From positions 64,001 through 128,000 of the forward strand of contig CAWDOD010000002.1 in NCBI GenBank assembly GCA_963803805.1: a stretch of 64,000 nt of DNA, read 5' to 3'. This document shows positions 53,175-64,000 of the stretch, piece after piece. How positions within the stretch are numbered: position 1 is the first letter of the stretch; each line of letters begins with the position of its first letter. The notes beneath the pieces are model-generated. The model did no database searches. It worked only from the letters and a program-made list of their open reading frames with translations, and was not told where the DNA came from. Position numbers and translations under genes: made by a program. The stretch is from an uncultured cyanobacterium. GTDB lineage: Bacteria; Cyanobacteriota; Cyanobacteriia; Cyanobacteriales; CAWCAG01.

Positions 53175-55819
53175 GTTACTTCCTCCTGATGTTTGGGGTA
53201 AGGAAAATTTATTTCAAAATAGGTTCCTTGTCCTCGTTTAATTTTGATGTCCCCTTCTAGTTGCTCAGTCAAGTTATAAACTAACTGTAATCCTAAAGAA
53301 TCAGCTTCTTCAAGTTTCAGGTCTTCTTGTAAGCCAATACCATTATCTTTAACTAATAAAGTTACTTTCTGGTAGTCATTTATGCTTAATTTGAGCAGTA
53401 CTAAACCATCTTCTTTTTCAATAAAAGCATATTTAAGAGAATTAGATACTAGTTCATTAATAATTAGTCCGCAGGGTATAGCTGTATCAATATCAAGCAA
53501 AATATCTTCTATTTCTAAGCGCAACTTAATTTTTTTATTGGAAATACTATAGGAATGTAAAATATTGTTGGTTAAATTGTTGATATATTCTTGAGCATTA
53601 ATTTGAGCTAGATTAGGAGAATGATATAACTTCTCATGAATAAGAGCCATAGTCTTAACACGATTATTACTCTCTTCAAATAAAGCTAAAACCTTCTCAT
53701 CTTTGACATAGCTAGACTGCAATTTTAATAAACTAGAAATGACTTGTAAGTTATTCTTAACTCGATGATGAATTTCTTTAAGTAAAACTTCTTTTTCTTT
53801 AAGAGATGCCGTAATTTTTGTCTCAGCTTGCTTACGTTCAATAATTTCTTCTTGCAATTCTGCCATAACTTGGCGCAACTCAGCAGTACGTCGAGCTACT
53901 CTTATTTCCAATTCTTCATTGGTTATTTCCAAAATACTAGCTAAGGTTGCATAGCGTTCCTCACTAGCTCGTAAAGAAGCTTCTGCTTGTTGACGTTCGA
54001 TAATTTCTTGTCTTAAGTTTTTATTGACTTGTTCTAGTTGTGCTGTTCTTTTTTTGACCCGTTTTTCTAATTGCCTACGAGCTTTTCCTAGCTCCTTGTT
54101 AACAGTTTCAAGTTCCTCTGTCCGTTGAATTACTCTTTGTTCTAACTCTTCATTTAACCTAAGAATTTCCGCTTCAGCAGCCTTTCTTTCTACTGCTTCA
54201 AAAGCTAAAGAAATTAAATCAGCAATGGAACCAGCAAAATTCTGCTCTTCTACAGTCCAGTGACGCATATTCGTAACTTGCTCGTGACAAATAACTCCTA
54301 TTAATTTACCATCTAAATAAACTGGTGCATCTAATACAGATTTAACTCGGTAAGGAATGAAATAAGCTTCTAGAAACTCTTTAGTTCTCTGATCAACATC
54401 AGTGTGTTCAACTGCAATAATACGTTCACTTTCTAAAGCTTGAAAATATCTAGAACCTTTGCCAATATTTAACTGAATGTCTGCTAAATGCTCTTTTGTA
54501 CTTAGACAAAACAAATCATGACAATGTATAGCTGAGTAATTTTTATTGCAAAGCCAAAAACCAACCTGATCCACTTCTAAAGTTTGGGCTGCTACTTGAG
54601 TTATTTTCTGCAAAGACGCAGCTATATTTCCTGAACTGAGGATTTTATTTTTGGCTAAATTCATCAAAACCTGATTATGCTTGCAAAGACGTTGCTCCCT
54701 TTCTTTCAAAGCAGTTTTTTCTCTTTGATACTCTTCTAATTCCCATTGAGAATGTTGATAAAGTTCCGATTGCTGAATAGCTTTGCCCACTTGAAAAGCA
54801 AGGTTTAAGAGCAAATTACTAGATGAAGAAGACCATTCCTTGGTAGATCTGCAATGATGAGCGCAAACCAAACCCCACAATTTCATATTTAGCAAAATTG
54901 GTACTGTTAACTTTGCTTTTGTCTGCCACTGCTCGAGTAATTTAATTTTACGATCACTAAGATTCGCTTCATAAATATTAGTGATTTTGCGGGTGAGATG
55001 TTGATAATAACTCTCTATCCAAATAGGCTCGAAACAAGATTTAGGTAGAGTTTCTCCTAACAGAGAAGGCCAATTCTTACCGACAGATTCTGCCACTACC
55101 ACCCCATCTCCTTTAGGATTAAAGCGACAAATAAATACTCTGTCAGTTTGGAGAAATTGACGTATTTTTTCAACAGTAGTATCAAGAACCTCTTGAAGAT
55201 TGAGAGATTGACGAATATCCCATGCTAAATTTGCTAGTAAGCGATTACATTCTGACTGTTCTTGGAGTTTTGCCGTACGTTTTTTAACCTGCTGTTCCAA
55301 TTGCAAGTTGCTCTGGGACAATAGGGTTTGCTTTTCTACTTGGAGGCGATTAAGCTGTTGTGTCAGGCTATCTACTAAACTAGTATCAATACTTCGTAAC
55401 AAACTTTTCGTTGTTATTACTCCTTGCAGTTTATTGTGCTTATCTAACACCATTAAATGACTCACATCAAGATGTTGCATTTCTTGAAAAGCCTTTTGTA
55501 AGTTATCTTCAGTTTTCAAGCAGAACAAAGGCGTACTCATTACTGCCTTAGCCTGGACAAAGTTAATATCTAATCCTTCTACTTGAAAACGTAGAATATC
55601 CCCTTTGGTAATAATTCCTAAAGGTGTTACAGGTTGATTGTCTAGTTCGTTTGTTAGGTTTTGAGTTATGACCACATATCCCAACTGATGCTCATACATT
55701 AACCGGGCAATATCTCGTATCAAACTAGTAGAATGTGCGCAAATAAAGTCACACTCTACAACTTGAGAAGCAGAGTTAATACAAGTATTGAGCAAAAATC
55801 TAGAGTCAGAAGGGAGCAT
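53171..55819 (-). CDS. CBS-GAF-GAF sensor kinase of HisKA_2 type
   Basis: CBS pair, two GAF domains, coiled coil, LKEIHHRVKNNLQ, NELVSNSLKYAF, DNGIG. Confidence 0.9.
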   Translation of the reverse strand: MLPSDSRFLLNTCINSASQVVECDFICAHSTSLIRDIARLMYEHQLGYVVITQNLTNELDNQPVTPLGIITKGDILRFQVEGLDINFVQAKAVMSTPLFCLKTEDNLQKAFQEMQHLDVSHLMVLDKHNKLQGVITTKSLLRSIDTSLVDSLTQQLNRLQVEKQTLLSQSNLQLEQQVKKRTAKLQEQSECNRLLANLAWDIRQSLNLQEVLDTTVEKIRQFLQTDRVFICRFNPKGDGVVVAESVGKNWPSLLGETLPKSCFEPIWIESYYQHLTRKITNIYEANLSDRKIKLLEQWQTKAKLTVPILLNMKLWGLVCAHHCRSTKEWSSSSSNLLLNLAFQVGKAIQQSELYQHSQWELEEYQREKTALKEREQRLCKHNQVLMNLAKNKILSSGNIAASLQKITQVAAQTLEVDQVGFWLCNKNYSAIHCHDLFCLSTKEHLADIQLNIGKGSRYFQALESERIIAVEHTDVDQRTKEFLEAYFIPYRVKSVLDAPVYLDGKLIGVICHEQVTNMRHWTVEEQNFAGSIADLISLAFEAVERKAAEAEILRLNEELEQRVIQRTEELETVNKELGKARRQLEKRVKKRTAQLEQVNKNLRQEIIERQQAEASLRASEERYATLASILEITNEELEIRVARRTAELRQVMAELQEEIIERKQAETKITASLKEKEVLLKEIHHRVKNNLQVISSLLKLQSSYVKDEKVLALFEESNNRVKTMALIHEKLYHSPNLAQINAQEYINNLTNNILHSYSISNKKIKLRLEIEDILLDIDTAIPCGLIINELVSNSLKYAFIEKEDGLVLLKLSINDYQKVTLLVKDNGIGLQEDLKLEEADSLGLQLVYNLTEQLEGDIKIKRGQGTYFEINFPYPKHQEEVT

Positions 55820-56036
55820 AACTTTAATCTTTACTCACCTCAAGGAACATGGACAAAGATAACTTAACAATAGGTAATTCCCCATCACTTCATGATGATT
55901 GATGTTATGAATAAGGTAGTGACTCTAGTTATTTTTTTGTGCGATCGCAATCACATTAACTAGTGATACTAACTAAATTTGCGGAAAAATCCCCAAATAA
56001 AAATTAACTAATTTTAATCTACTGAGTTAACAAAAT

Positions 56037-57248
56037 ATGGTACTTACTTTCTCCCAAACAAACTCTCTGGATTTTTCTGAGATCCGGTCAGAAATCAGAG
56101 CTTTACATTCACAATTGGTGCAATGGCGAAGACATCTTCATCAATATCCTGAACTAGGTTTTCAAGAAAAGTTAACTGCGAAATTTGTCGCTCAAAAATT
56201 GCAAGAGTGGGGCATAAATCATCAAACTGGTATAGCCAAAACTGGTATCGTTGCTACTATAAATAGCCCTCACCCTGGCCCAGTTTTAGCAATTAGAGCA
56301 GATATGGATGCGTTACCTATCCAGGAAGAGAACAATATCCTCTATCGTTCTCGCCATGATGGGGTGATGCACGCTTGTGGTCACGATGGTCATACAGCGA
56401 TCGCTTTAGGAACAGCCTATTACTTAGAAACTTACAAAGATAGCTTTCGGGGAACTATAAAAATAATTTTTCAACCGGCTGAAGAACATCCAGGAGGTGC
56501 TAAACCAATGATCGAAGCAGGAGTTCTGAAAAACCCTGATGTTGATGCTATTATTGGGCTTCATTTATGGAACCGCTTGCCTGTAGGTACATTAGGAGTT
56601 CGTTCAGGGGCATTAATGGCGGCAGTGGAATGTTTTCGTTGTAATATTTTAGGTAAGGGCGGCCATGGGGCTATGCCAGACCAAACAATTGATGCGGTGC
56701 TAGTTAGCGCCCAAGTTGTTAATGCTTTACAAACAATTGTTGCCCGTAATGTTAATCCCTTAGATTCGGCGGTAGTTACCGTAGGAGAACTAAAAGCAGG
56801 AACAGCCTTAAATGCGATCGCTGATCGAGCTTATTTAAGCGGTACGGTACGCTATTTTAATCCTACCCTAGAAGGTTATCTTTCTGGGCGTGTAGAAGAA
56901 GTTATTGCTGGAGTTTGTCAAACCTATGGAGCGAAATATGAGTTAGATTATTGGCAGTTATATCCTCCTGTGATTAATGATACCAAGATAGCTGAGTTAG
57001 TAAGTGCCGTTGCCCTACAAGTTGTCGAAACTCCCAGAGGAGTTGTACCGGAGTGTCAAACTATGGCGAGTGAAGATATGTCATTTTTCCTCAAGGAAGT
57101 ACCAGGTTGTTACTTTTTCCTTGGTTCTGCTAATGGGGAAAAGGGCTTAGATTATCCTCACCATCATCCCCGCTTCAATTTTGATGAGTCTGCGTTAACT
57201 ACGGGGGTCGAAATGTTTGTGCGTTGTGTAGAAAAGTTTAATTGCTAA
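56037..57248 (+). CDS. M20D amidohydrolase (N-acyl-L-amino acid amidohydrolase-like)
   Basis: RADMDALP, MHACGHDGH, FQPAEE, GKGGHGA, SEDMS, PHHHPRF. Confidence 0.92.
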   Translation: MVLTFSQTNSLDFSEIRSEIRALHSQLVQWRRHLHQYPELGFQEKLTAKFVAQKLQEWGINHQTGIAKTGIVATINSPHPGPVLAIRADMDALPIQEENNILYRSRHDGVMHACGHDGHTAIALGTAYYLETYKDSFRGTIKIIFQPAEEHPGGAKPMIEAGVLKNPDVDAIIGLHLWNRLPVGTLGVRSGALMAAVECFRCNILGKGGHGAMPDQTIDAVLVSAQVVNALQTIVARNVNPLDSAVVTVGELKAGTALNAIADRAYLSGTVRYFNPTLEGYLSGRVEEVIAGVCQTYGAKYELDYWQLYPPVINDTKIAELVSAVALQVVETPRGVVPECQTMASEDMSFFLKEVPGCYFFLGSANGEKGLDYPHHHPRFNFDESALTTGVEMFVRCVEKFNC

Positions 57249-57330
57249 TTGCTAGTTGTTAATCGCTAGTGGCTAATTGCTAATCTTCATACTGTTTCTA
57301 TCACAACAAAAAGGCGATTCTTCAAAAAAA

Positions 57331-57378
57331 TAGTTAGAGAGATGGGATATTAATGCCTGTAGCCCCACTCTCTAACTA
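57331..57378. terminator. Hairpin between the convergent amidohydrolase and thiC genes
   Basis: 11-bp IR TAGTTAGAGAG/CTCTCTAACTA with an A-run on the left. Confidence 0.6.
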
Positions 57379-57492
57379 CCCCTTCTTACTCCTGTTTATC
57401 CAACTCATTTGTGGTAGTAGTCCTTGCAAAAGAAGCAACGAACATTTTTAAACCACAACTGAGAAGCAAGGAATTCCTAAAAGTTAGCTTAA

Positions 57493-58878
<1,386 letters not shown>

Positions 58879-58885
58879 CTATTAA

Positions 58886-58966
58886 CAGCTTCCCTACGCT
58901 GGTATTAGCCAGTCTCAGGTTCTAAGGGACTATCTCAGCCTGAACAATTCAAGGCACCCCTAGCTT
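58886..58966 (-). ncRNA. TPP riboswitch
   Basis: Minus strand AGCTAGGGGTGCC...GGCTGAGA..CCCTTAGAACCTGA...TAATACCAGCGTAGGGAAGCT, directly upstream of thiC. Confidence 0.95.
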
Positions 58967-59066
58967 GTATAAATAATGATTGTATTACTGTTTTTTCGAT
59001 TTGCAAAGAAAATTTAGTTATTTTTTAAGCAGCATCAAGTAAAAAGCGATAAGCTAATTGCTAGTT

Positions 59067-59121
59067 GCTAAAATCTTAGACTTGGTGAGGATATTTTATT
59101 GATTAGGGTACTCTAAATTGA
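59067..59121 (+). repeat. Dispersed 55-bp repeat, copy 2
   Basis: 48/55 identical to 45935-45989; preceded by GCTAATT GCTAGTT heptamers. Confidence 0.85.
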
Positions 59122-59124
59122 TAA

Positions 59125-59900
59125 TTAGTCCCAATTATTGTCTGATTCTGCTTTCTTGAGGCTTTCTTCGAGTTGCAGCCAATTAACTTCTTTGCTTAGA
59201 GCATTTTGCTCTAACTTTCCCTGTTTTAGGTAAAGGATGCGTTGACAAAATTTTGAGATTAAATCTAGTTGATGATTAACCATAACTACTGTAGTTTTCT
59301 TTTCAGTAGTTAACTCTCTAAGAACTTTAAATAAATGTTCTGTTTGTCCTAAATCTAAAGCTGAAGTTGGTTCATCTAACAATAGGATTTTCGGTTCTAT
59401 AATTAAAGCACGAGTGAGGGCAACAAGTTGTTTTTGTCCAGTAGAAAGTTGTAGTTCGTGGCGCTCTAACCAATCTGGATTAATATTTAGTTTTTCAAGC
59501 CATTTGTCTATTTTGAGAGCGAATTTCTTGCGGGGGAATTTTTCTGAGAACTAGAGGATAAGCCAATGCTTCCTTTACCTTCATTCCTAACAGTTTAGGT
59601 TCTTGAGAAACAAAAACTATTTGTTTGCGTAACTTCTGAATAGGTATTTGCTTTATCGTTCTCCCTTCAAAAAAAATTGTCACCAGAAGTTGCTTCTCCC
59701 AGACGATTAATTAAGCGTAAAAGAGAAGTCTTTCCTGCTCCAGAAGCACCAATAATACCAACAAATTCCCCAGGATTAATAGCAAAAGAAATATCTTGTA
59801 ATAAATAGCTACTCCCCACAGATGCAGCTAAACTCAAATCCTCTACCTTAAGAATCGGCTGTATTTCTGAGTTGTTATTTCCATCTTGCTCAAGAGGCAA
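59125..59900 (-). pseudogene. ABC transporter ATP-binding gene split by two frameshifts (pseudogene or assembly error)
   Basis: Walker [10 protein letters not shown]-loop VSQEP and LSTGQ/LLDEPTSALD lie in three frames; shifts near 59669-59678 and 59511-59521. Confidence 0.78.
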
Positions 59901-60987
59901 AAGCCTGAGTTAAAGTACTAGAAAGATAATCTGCTGCTGACTCTACTAAAGGAATAGCATTTTCATACAACATTCGTGTCGGACCAATAATACCAACACT
60001 GCCTAAAGGAACTTCATTTTGCCAATATAAAGCAGAAATTAAAGTACAAGTTGTTAAAGGTTGAAGAGGATTTTCCGCACCAATTCTCACCGTAACTCGC
60101 TTTTGATTACTTTCTGATTCTGGTATAGCTAAGATTAAGGGTAAAAGCTGCTCTTGTTCTTCTTCGAATAAATGTAGCAACATTTGCACTTGTTCTAGTT
60201 GGGAAAATTCTGGTTGACGCAGAACTTCAGAGAGCCCCCTAACCATAATAGGAGTGGATTTAGGAACTTGAGAACGGCGAGTTAGTTCTTTTTGCAAAAC
60301 TTGCAAAAAATCAGCATAACATTGAAATTCTCGGTCTAATTCTCCCCAATCTACGCAAGCCAATTCTGATAGTAAATGCCCTTGCAACTTACTATTAAGA
60401 AAGTTGGAAAGTATATTTAATTCTCTTTCTGTTAACTGTATATCTACTCCATCTTCTCTTTTATTTGTAGAGTTTTTTTCCATAAAAATAGATTGGGATT
60501 TATGGCAATCTGTCACTACAATTAACATAATTTGTTGCTGACCGATTTCTACTAACTTCACATAGCGCAATCTTGTCGTAGAATGTTGGGGCATGGTAAT
60601 TAGGGCAATATGGCCGCTTAGGGTAGCAATAATTTGTGCTGCCCCTCGTAAAAGAGCCTCGAAACTCCAAGAATCCCAATTGAGTTTGCTACTTAGTAAT
60701 TCTTCAACTCTATTTCCTAAAGCTTCATCTGGAGTCATGAGGCTATCTACATAAATTCGATAGCCAGAGTCTGAAGGAATCCGACCAGAAGAAGTATAGG
60801 GTTGATAGAGCAAACCAGCCTTTTCTAAACGCCCCATGGCATTACGAATTGTGGCAGGACCAACACTAAAGTCATATTCATCATACAAAGTTTTTGAACC
60901 CACTGGTTCTGCTGTAGCGATATAGTGGCGAATAGTAGCCCAAAGAATATGTTGATAGCGTTTTGTTAAATTGGTTGGAAATACCAT
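59890..60987 (-). CDS. hrcA: Heat-inducible transcription repressor
   Basis: [47 protein letters not shown]. Confidence 0.95.
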   Translation of the reverse strand: MVFPTNLTKRYQHILWATIRHYIATAEPVGSKTLYDEYDFSVGPATIRNAMGRLEKAGLLYQPYTSSGRIPSDSGYRIYVDSLMTPDEALGNRVEELLSSKLNWDSWSFEALLRGAAQIIATLSGHIALITMPQHSTTRLRYVKLVEIGQQQIMLIVVTDCHKSQSIFMEKNSTNKREDGVDIQLTERELNILSNFLNSKLQGHLLSELACVDWGELDREFQCYADFLQVLQKELTRRSQVPKSTPIMVRGLSEVLRQPEFSQLEQVQMLLHLFEEEQEQLLPLILAIPESESNQKRVTVRIGAENPLQPLTTCTLISALYWQNEVPLGSVGIIGPTRMLYENAIPLVESAADYLSSTLTQAFAS

Positions 60988-61210
60988 GGGCGCAAATTAT
61001 AAAGCTTAAGATTAATTTTGACGCTAAATTGCCTTTTGTGCTTGACTCTAGCACTATACTCTTAATTTTATGAAAAGTATTAAAGTGAGTATTGACTCTA
61101 TATTTAGCAATTAATGCACCGCAAATGAACTAAAATTTAATTGATAACTAAATTCGCGTTATCTTAAGATCAAGGCGTTACTCCACAAAATCATTGAGAG
61201 CATCCGGTTT

Positions 61211-61651
61211 ATGAGTTTTCGAGCTTTAACTTTTATAGCTATTTCCCTTTGCTTTTGGCTTTTTAGTTTCTTGGTTGCTCCTAGTGCCTTTGCTTTGACT
61301 CAAGTTAAAATTTCTGATCTTTCTTACCAAGAATGTTCAGCCGAATTGTCAGAAGGATTTGTTGGTACTGGTTCAACTAGGGCAGCCAACTGTTTTGTCG
61401 TTGCAGGGAAAGTCAATAACCCTACTGGCAAAATGGTAGTGGATGCCGATGTCTTCGGTCGCATTTACGATGCTAACGGCAACCCAGCTATGCAAAATCG
61501 TAATCGTATCGGTTCTATTGAAGAAATTCCTCCTGGCGTTAGCGATTTTCAAATCAGGATTAGCGTACCTGCAAATCAACCAACGCCTCTTCAGCTTAAA
61601 CAATTTAAAGCTTCTGGCTTTGCTAGAAAGGTTCGCCCTTATTACTATTAA
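61211..61651 (+). CDS. Exported hypothetical protein
   Basis: Signal peptide ending AFA, two Cys, DADVFGRIYDANG. Confidence 0.7.
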   Translation: MSFRALTFIAISLCFWLFSFLVAPSAFALTQVKISDLSYQECSAELSEGFVGTGSTRAANCFVVAGKVNNPTGKMVVDADVFGRIYDANGNPAMQNRNRIGSIEEIPPGVSDFQIRISVPANQPTPLQLKQFKASGFARKVRPYYY

Positions 61652-61920
61652 ATAATTTGGCTCAGCCTACCTAACTGAGCGCCAATGAAGTTGAGGACGA
61701 AAATTGCCACAATAGGAGACAAATCGATGCCTCCAAGGGGAGGAATAAAGGAGCGGAAGATGTTTAAATAAGGGTCGGTGATCGGACTTAAGAAAGCAGC
61801 AATATTATTGGCCCATTCCATAGTTTGAAACCAGGTTAGCAGGATTCTTACCAAAAGTAACAGAGAATAAATTGAGATAAAGTTAGCGAGACTAGTGGCA
61901 AAAAGTTGAGTAGCAGTCAT
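61648..61920 (-). CDS. YggT/YlmG family membrane protein
   Basis: RILLTWF, ITDPYLNIFRSFIPPLGGIDLSP. Confidence 0.9.
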   Translation of the reverse strand: MTATQLFATSLANFISIYSLLLLVRILLTWFQTMEWANNIAAFLSPITDPYLNIFRSFIPPLGGIDLSPIVAIFVLNFIGAQLGRLSQII

Positions 61921-62018
61921 AATGTTTGATAACCTTTTTGGCTAAATTGTCTTGATATAACTATTCTACTGGATCAAAGAACTGCTCTCCTTGATTTTAG
62001 CAACAGCCTAGATAAGAG

Positions 62019-62327
62019 CTAATAATCGTTTTCTATCTCTATAGCACCGCTTTTACTGTTGACTGTACCTAGCTGCTGACGCACATCATCAATGGCTAAA
62101 TTTAGTTGGGCAATCTTATCCTCTAAGCTACGGCGAGCAAATTCAATACTCTCTTCACTTCCTGTAGCAATCCCTGATTGATTATCTTTTTTAAGTAAAG
62201 AAGTTTCTTCTGATGCCATTTCTTTTTCTGTTTTAGAGGCAACTAAGGCTCCCATTATACCTCCGAAAATACCACCAACAACGACCCCCGCTAAAAAGCC
62301 CCCGGTAAACCCATCACGTTGACTCAT
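62019..62327 (-). CDS. Membrane-anchored coiled-coil hypothetical protein
   Basis: GFTGGFLAG..GG Gly-rich TM segment, ARRSLEDKIAQLNLAIDDVR. Confidence 0.8.
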   Translation of the reverse strand: MSQRDGFTGGFLAGVVVGGIFGGIMGALVASKTEKEMASEETSLLKKDNQSGIATGSEESIEFARRSLEDKIAQLNLAIDDVRQQLGTVNSKSGAIEIENDY

Positions 62328-62464
62328 TCTTTTTTCTATCCCGTTTCAGTTATTAACGTGAACTTTATGCTTCATTTTCTTAAACTAATCAAAGGTGACC
62401 CTGAAGAGCAAGTATCATTCTTGAGGCTCGCCCTTCTTAAGGTTACTACTTACTCCCTTCCCGG

Positions 62465-63754
62465 TTAAATTACTGTTCCATCTGGGATGACAGCATTTTT
62501 CAACACTACTACAATACCACTACGGATATAAAAACCTTGTTCTTCACGGTTAGCTTCTTCAATACGATCTTTATTAAGAATCAGAACTTTATCACCGATA
62601 CGAGCATTTTTATCGATAATAGCGCGGCGAATTGTACTTTCACAGCCAATACCCACAGGAGGTTTACCTTTATCTAAAGAAGCTTGGCGTTGGGCTGAAG
62701 ATTCATAAAAATCTGCCCCCATAATCAAGCTATCTTCAATACTACAGTTTTCTTCTATTCTGGTTCTGACCCCTAAAACAGAATGGTGAATACGACAGGA
62801 CTTAAGGACACAACCATCTCCCACCATCGATTCTGTCACTTGGCAGTCTAAGTGTTTTGTAGGGGGTAAGTAACGTGAACGAGTATAAATCGGGGCATTA
62901 GCATCATAAAAACTGAATGCTGGGTCAGGTTGCTTGGTTAAAGCTAAATTAGCGTCATAAAAAGCTTCAATTGTACCAATATCTTCCCAATAGCCTTTAA
63001 ATAAGTAAGCTTGAACATTATGATCTGGGGCAGCTGCTGGAATAATTTCTTTCCCGAAGTCTGTTTCTTCAAGATTTGCTTTTAACAAATTGCAAAGAAC
63101 TTCCTTTTTAAAGACATAAATTCCCATAGAAGCAATGTAGGGACTTCTTCTGGCTTTGTCTGGAGACAAGCCTAACGTCGTGGTATCTACCTGCATTTGC
63201 TTTAAGGCATTACCTTTGGGCTTTTCACTAAAGTCAATAATCCTACCGTTGTCATCAATTTTCATCAAACCAAAGCTGGATGCTCTTTTTTCATCAATGG
63301 GTACAACAGAAAGAGTAATGTCAGCATTAGTTTCACGATGACGTTGGACAAAATCGCGGTAGTCCATGCGATAGAGATGATCTCCAGAAAGAATCAAGTA
63401 TTCATCTACATCCCATTCCTGTAATAGCCAGAGATATTGGCGTACAGCATCGGCGGTTCCTTGGAACCAACCAGGATTCTCAGCAGTCTGTTGAGCTGCT
63501 AATACTTCTACAAAGCCTTCTGTGAAACCTGAAAAGTTATAGGTTTGGGAAACATGACGATTTAAAGATGTTGAATTAAACTGAGTTAGAACATAGAGCT
63601 TATAAATTTCTGAGTTAATACAGTTACTGACCGGGATATCAATTAAGCGATACTTCCCTGCTAAGGAAACTGCTGGTTTAGCCCGCACTTTTGTTAGGGG
63701 ATATAGACGGGTTCCAGCACCTCCTCCCAAAATAATTCCTAATACTCTTTTCAC
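62465..63754 (-). CDS. glgC: Glucose-1-phosphate adenylyltransferase
   Basis: [45 protein letters not shown] 63754 gives 429 aa. Confidence 0.97.
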   Translation of the reverse strand: MKRVLGIILGGGAGTRLYPLTKVRAKPAVSLAGKYRLIDIPVSNCINSEIYKLYVLTQFNSTSLNRHVSQTYNFSGFTEGFVEVLAAQQTAENPGWFQGTADAVRQYLWLLQEWDVDEYLILSGDHLYRMDYRDFVQRHRETNADITLSVVPIDEKRASSFGLMKIDDNGRIIDFSEKPKGNALKQMQVDTTTLGLSPDKARRSPYIASMGIYVFKKEVLCNLLKANLEETDFGKEIIPAAAPDHNVQAYLFKGYWEDIGTIEAFYDANLALTKQPDPAFSFYDANAPIYTRSRYLPPTKHLDCQVTESMVGDGCVLKSCRIHHSVLGVRTRIEENCSIEDSLIMGADFYESSAQRQASLDKGKPPVGIGCESTIRRAIIDKNARIGDKVLILNKDRIEEANREEQGFYIRSGIVVVLKNAVIPDGTVI

Positions 63755-64000
63755 AAAAAACCTCTCAAGCGCCATTTACCTCTTAAATTAAAGTTTATGA
63801 CGCAAAGGTCATCTAAAGTAAGGGGGAAATCAGAATTTTACTTTTCTTTCTCTACTTGGTTCTGTTCAAAATGGCGTTTTCAATCCTTGGTAGGCTGATA
63901 ATGAGGACTTTAAGGATCTGAAAATAGTCAGGGAAATTCTTTGGTAGATAACAGTAAAGCAGGCTACATTGGGAAAAAATAAGCTAATAGGTAACAGAAA

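Overview
AT-rich cyanobacterial chromosome segment (about 29 HIP1 GCGATCGC sites counted by eye; psaK, pipX-pipY, ado-aar-accA, cphB-cphA, glgC). It is mostly housekeeping genes, plus one tRNA-Met(CAT), a TPP riboswitch ahead of thiC, and a 6-repeat CRISPR array with leader but no cas genes in the window. A ~17 kb signal-transduction island spans 39111-55819. The best candidate for an under-described system is a two-gene module: an unannotated 58-aa ORF translationally coupled to a 687-aa Rad50/DndD-like ABC ATPase with a CxC hook, with no dnd, nuclease or helicase gene nearby. Other leads are a truncated but open ISAs1-transposase-derived gene heading the alkane gene run, a folE leader with alternative pairings, and a dispersed heptamer-plus-55-bp repeat. 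Three conserved genes carry single-base frameshifts that may be assembly errors. All family calls come from reading motifs; no searches were run.
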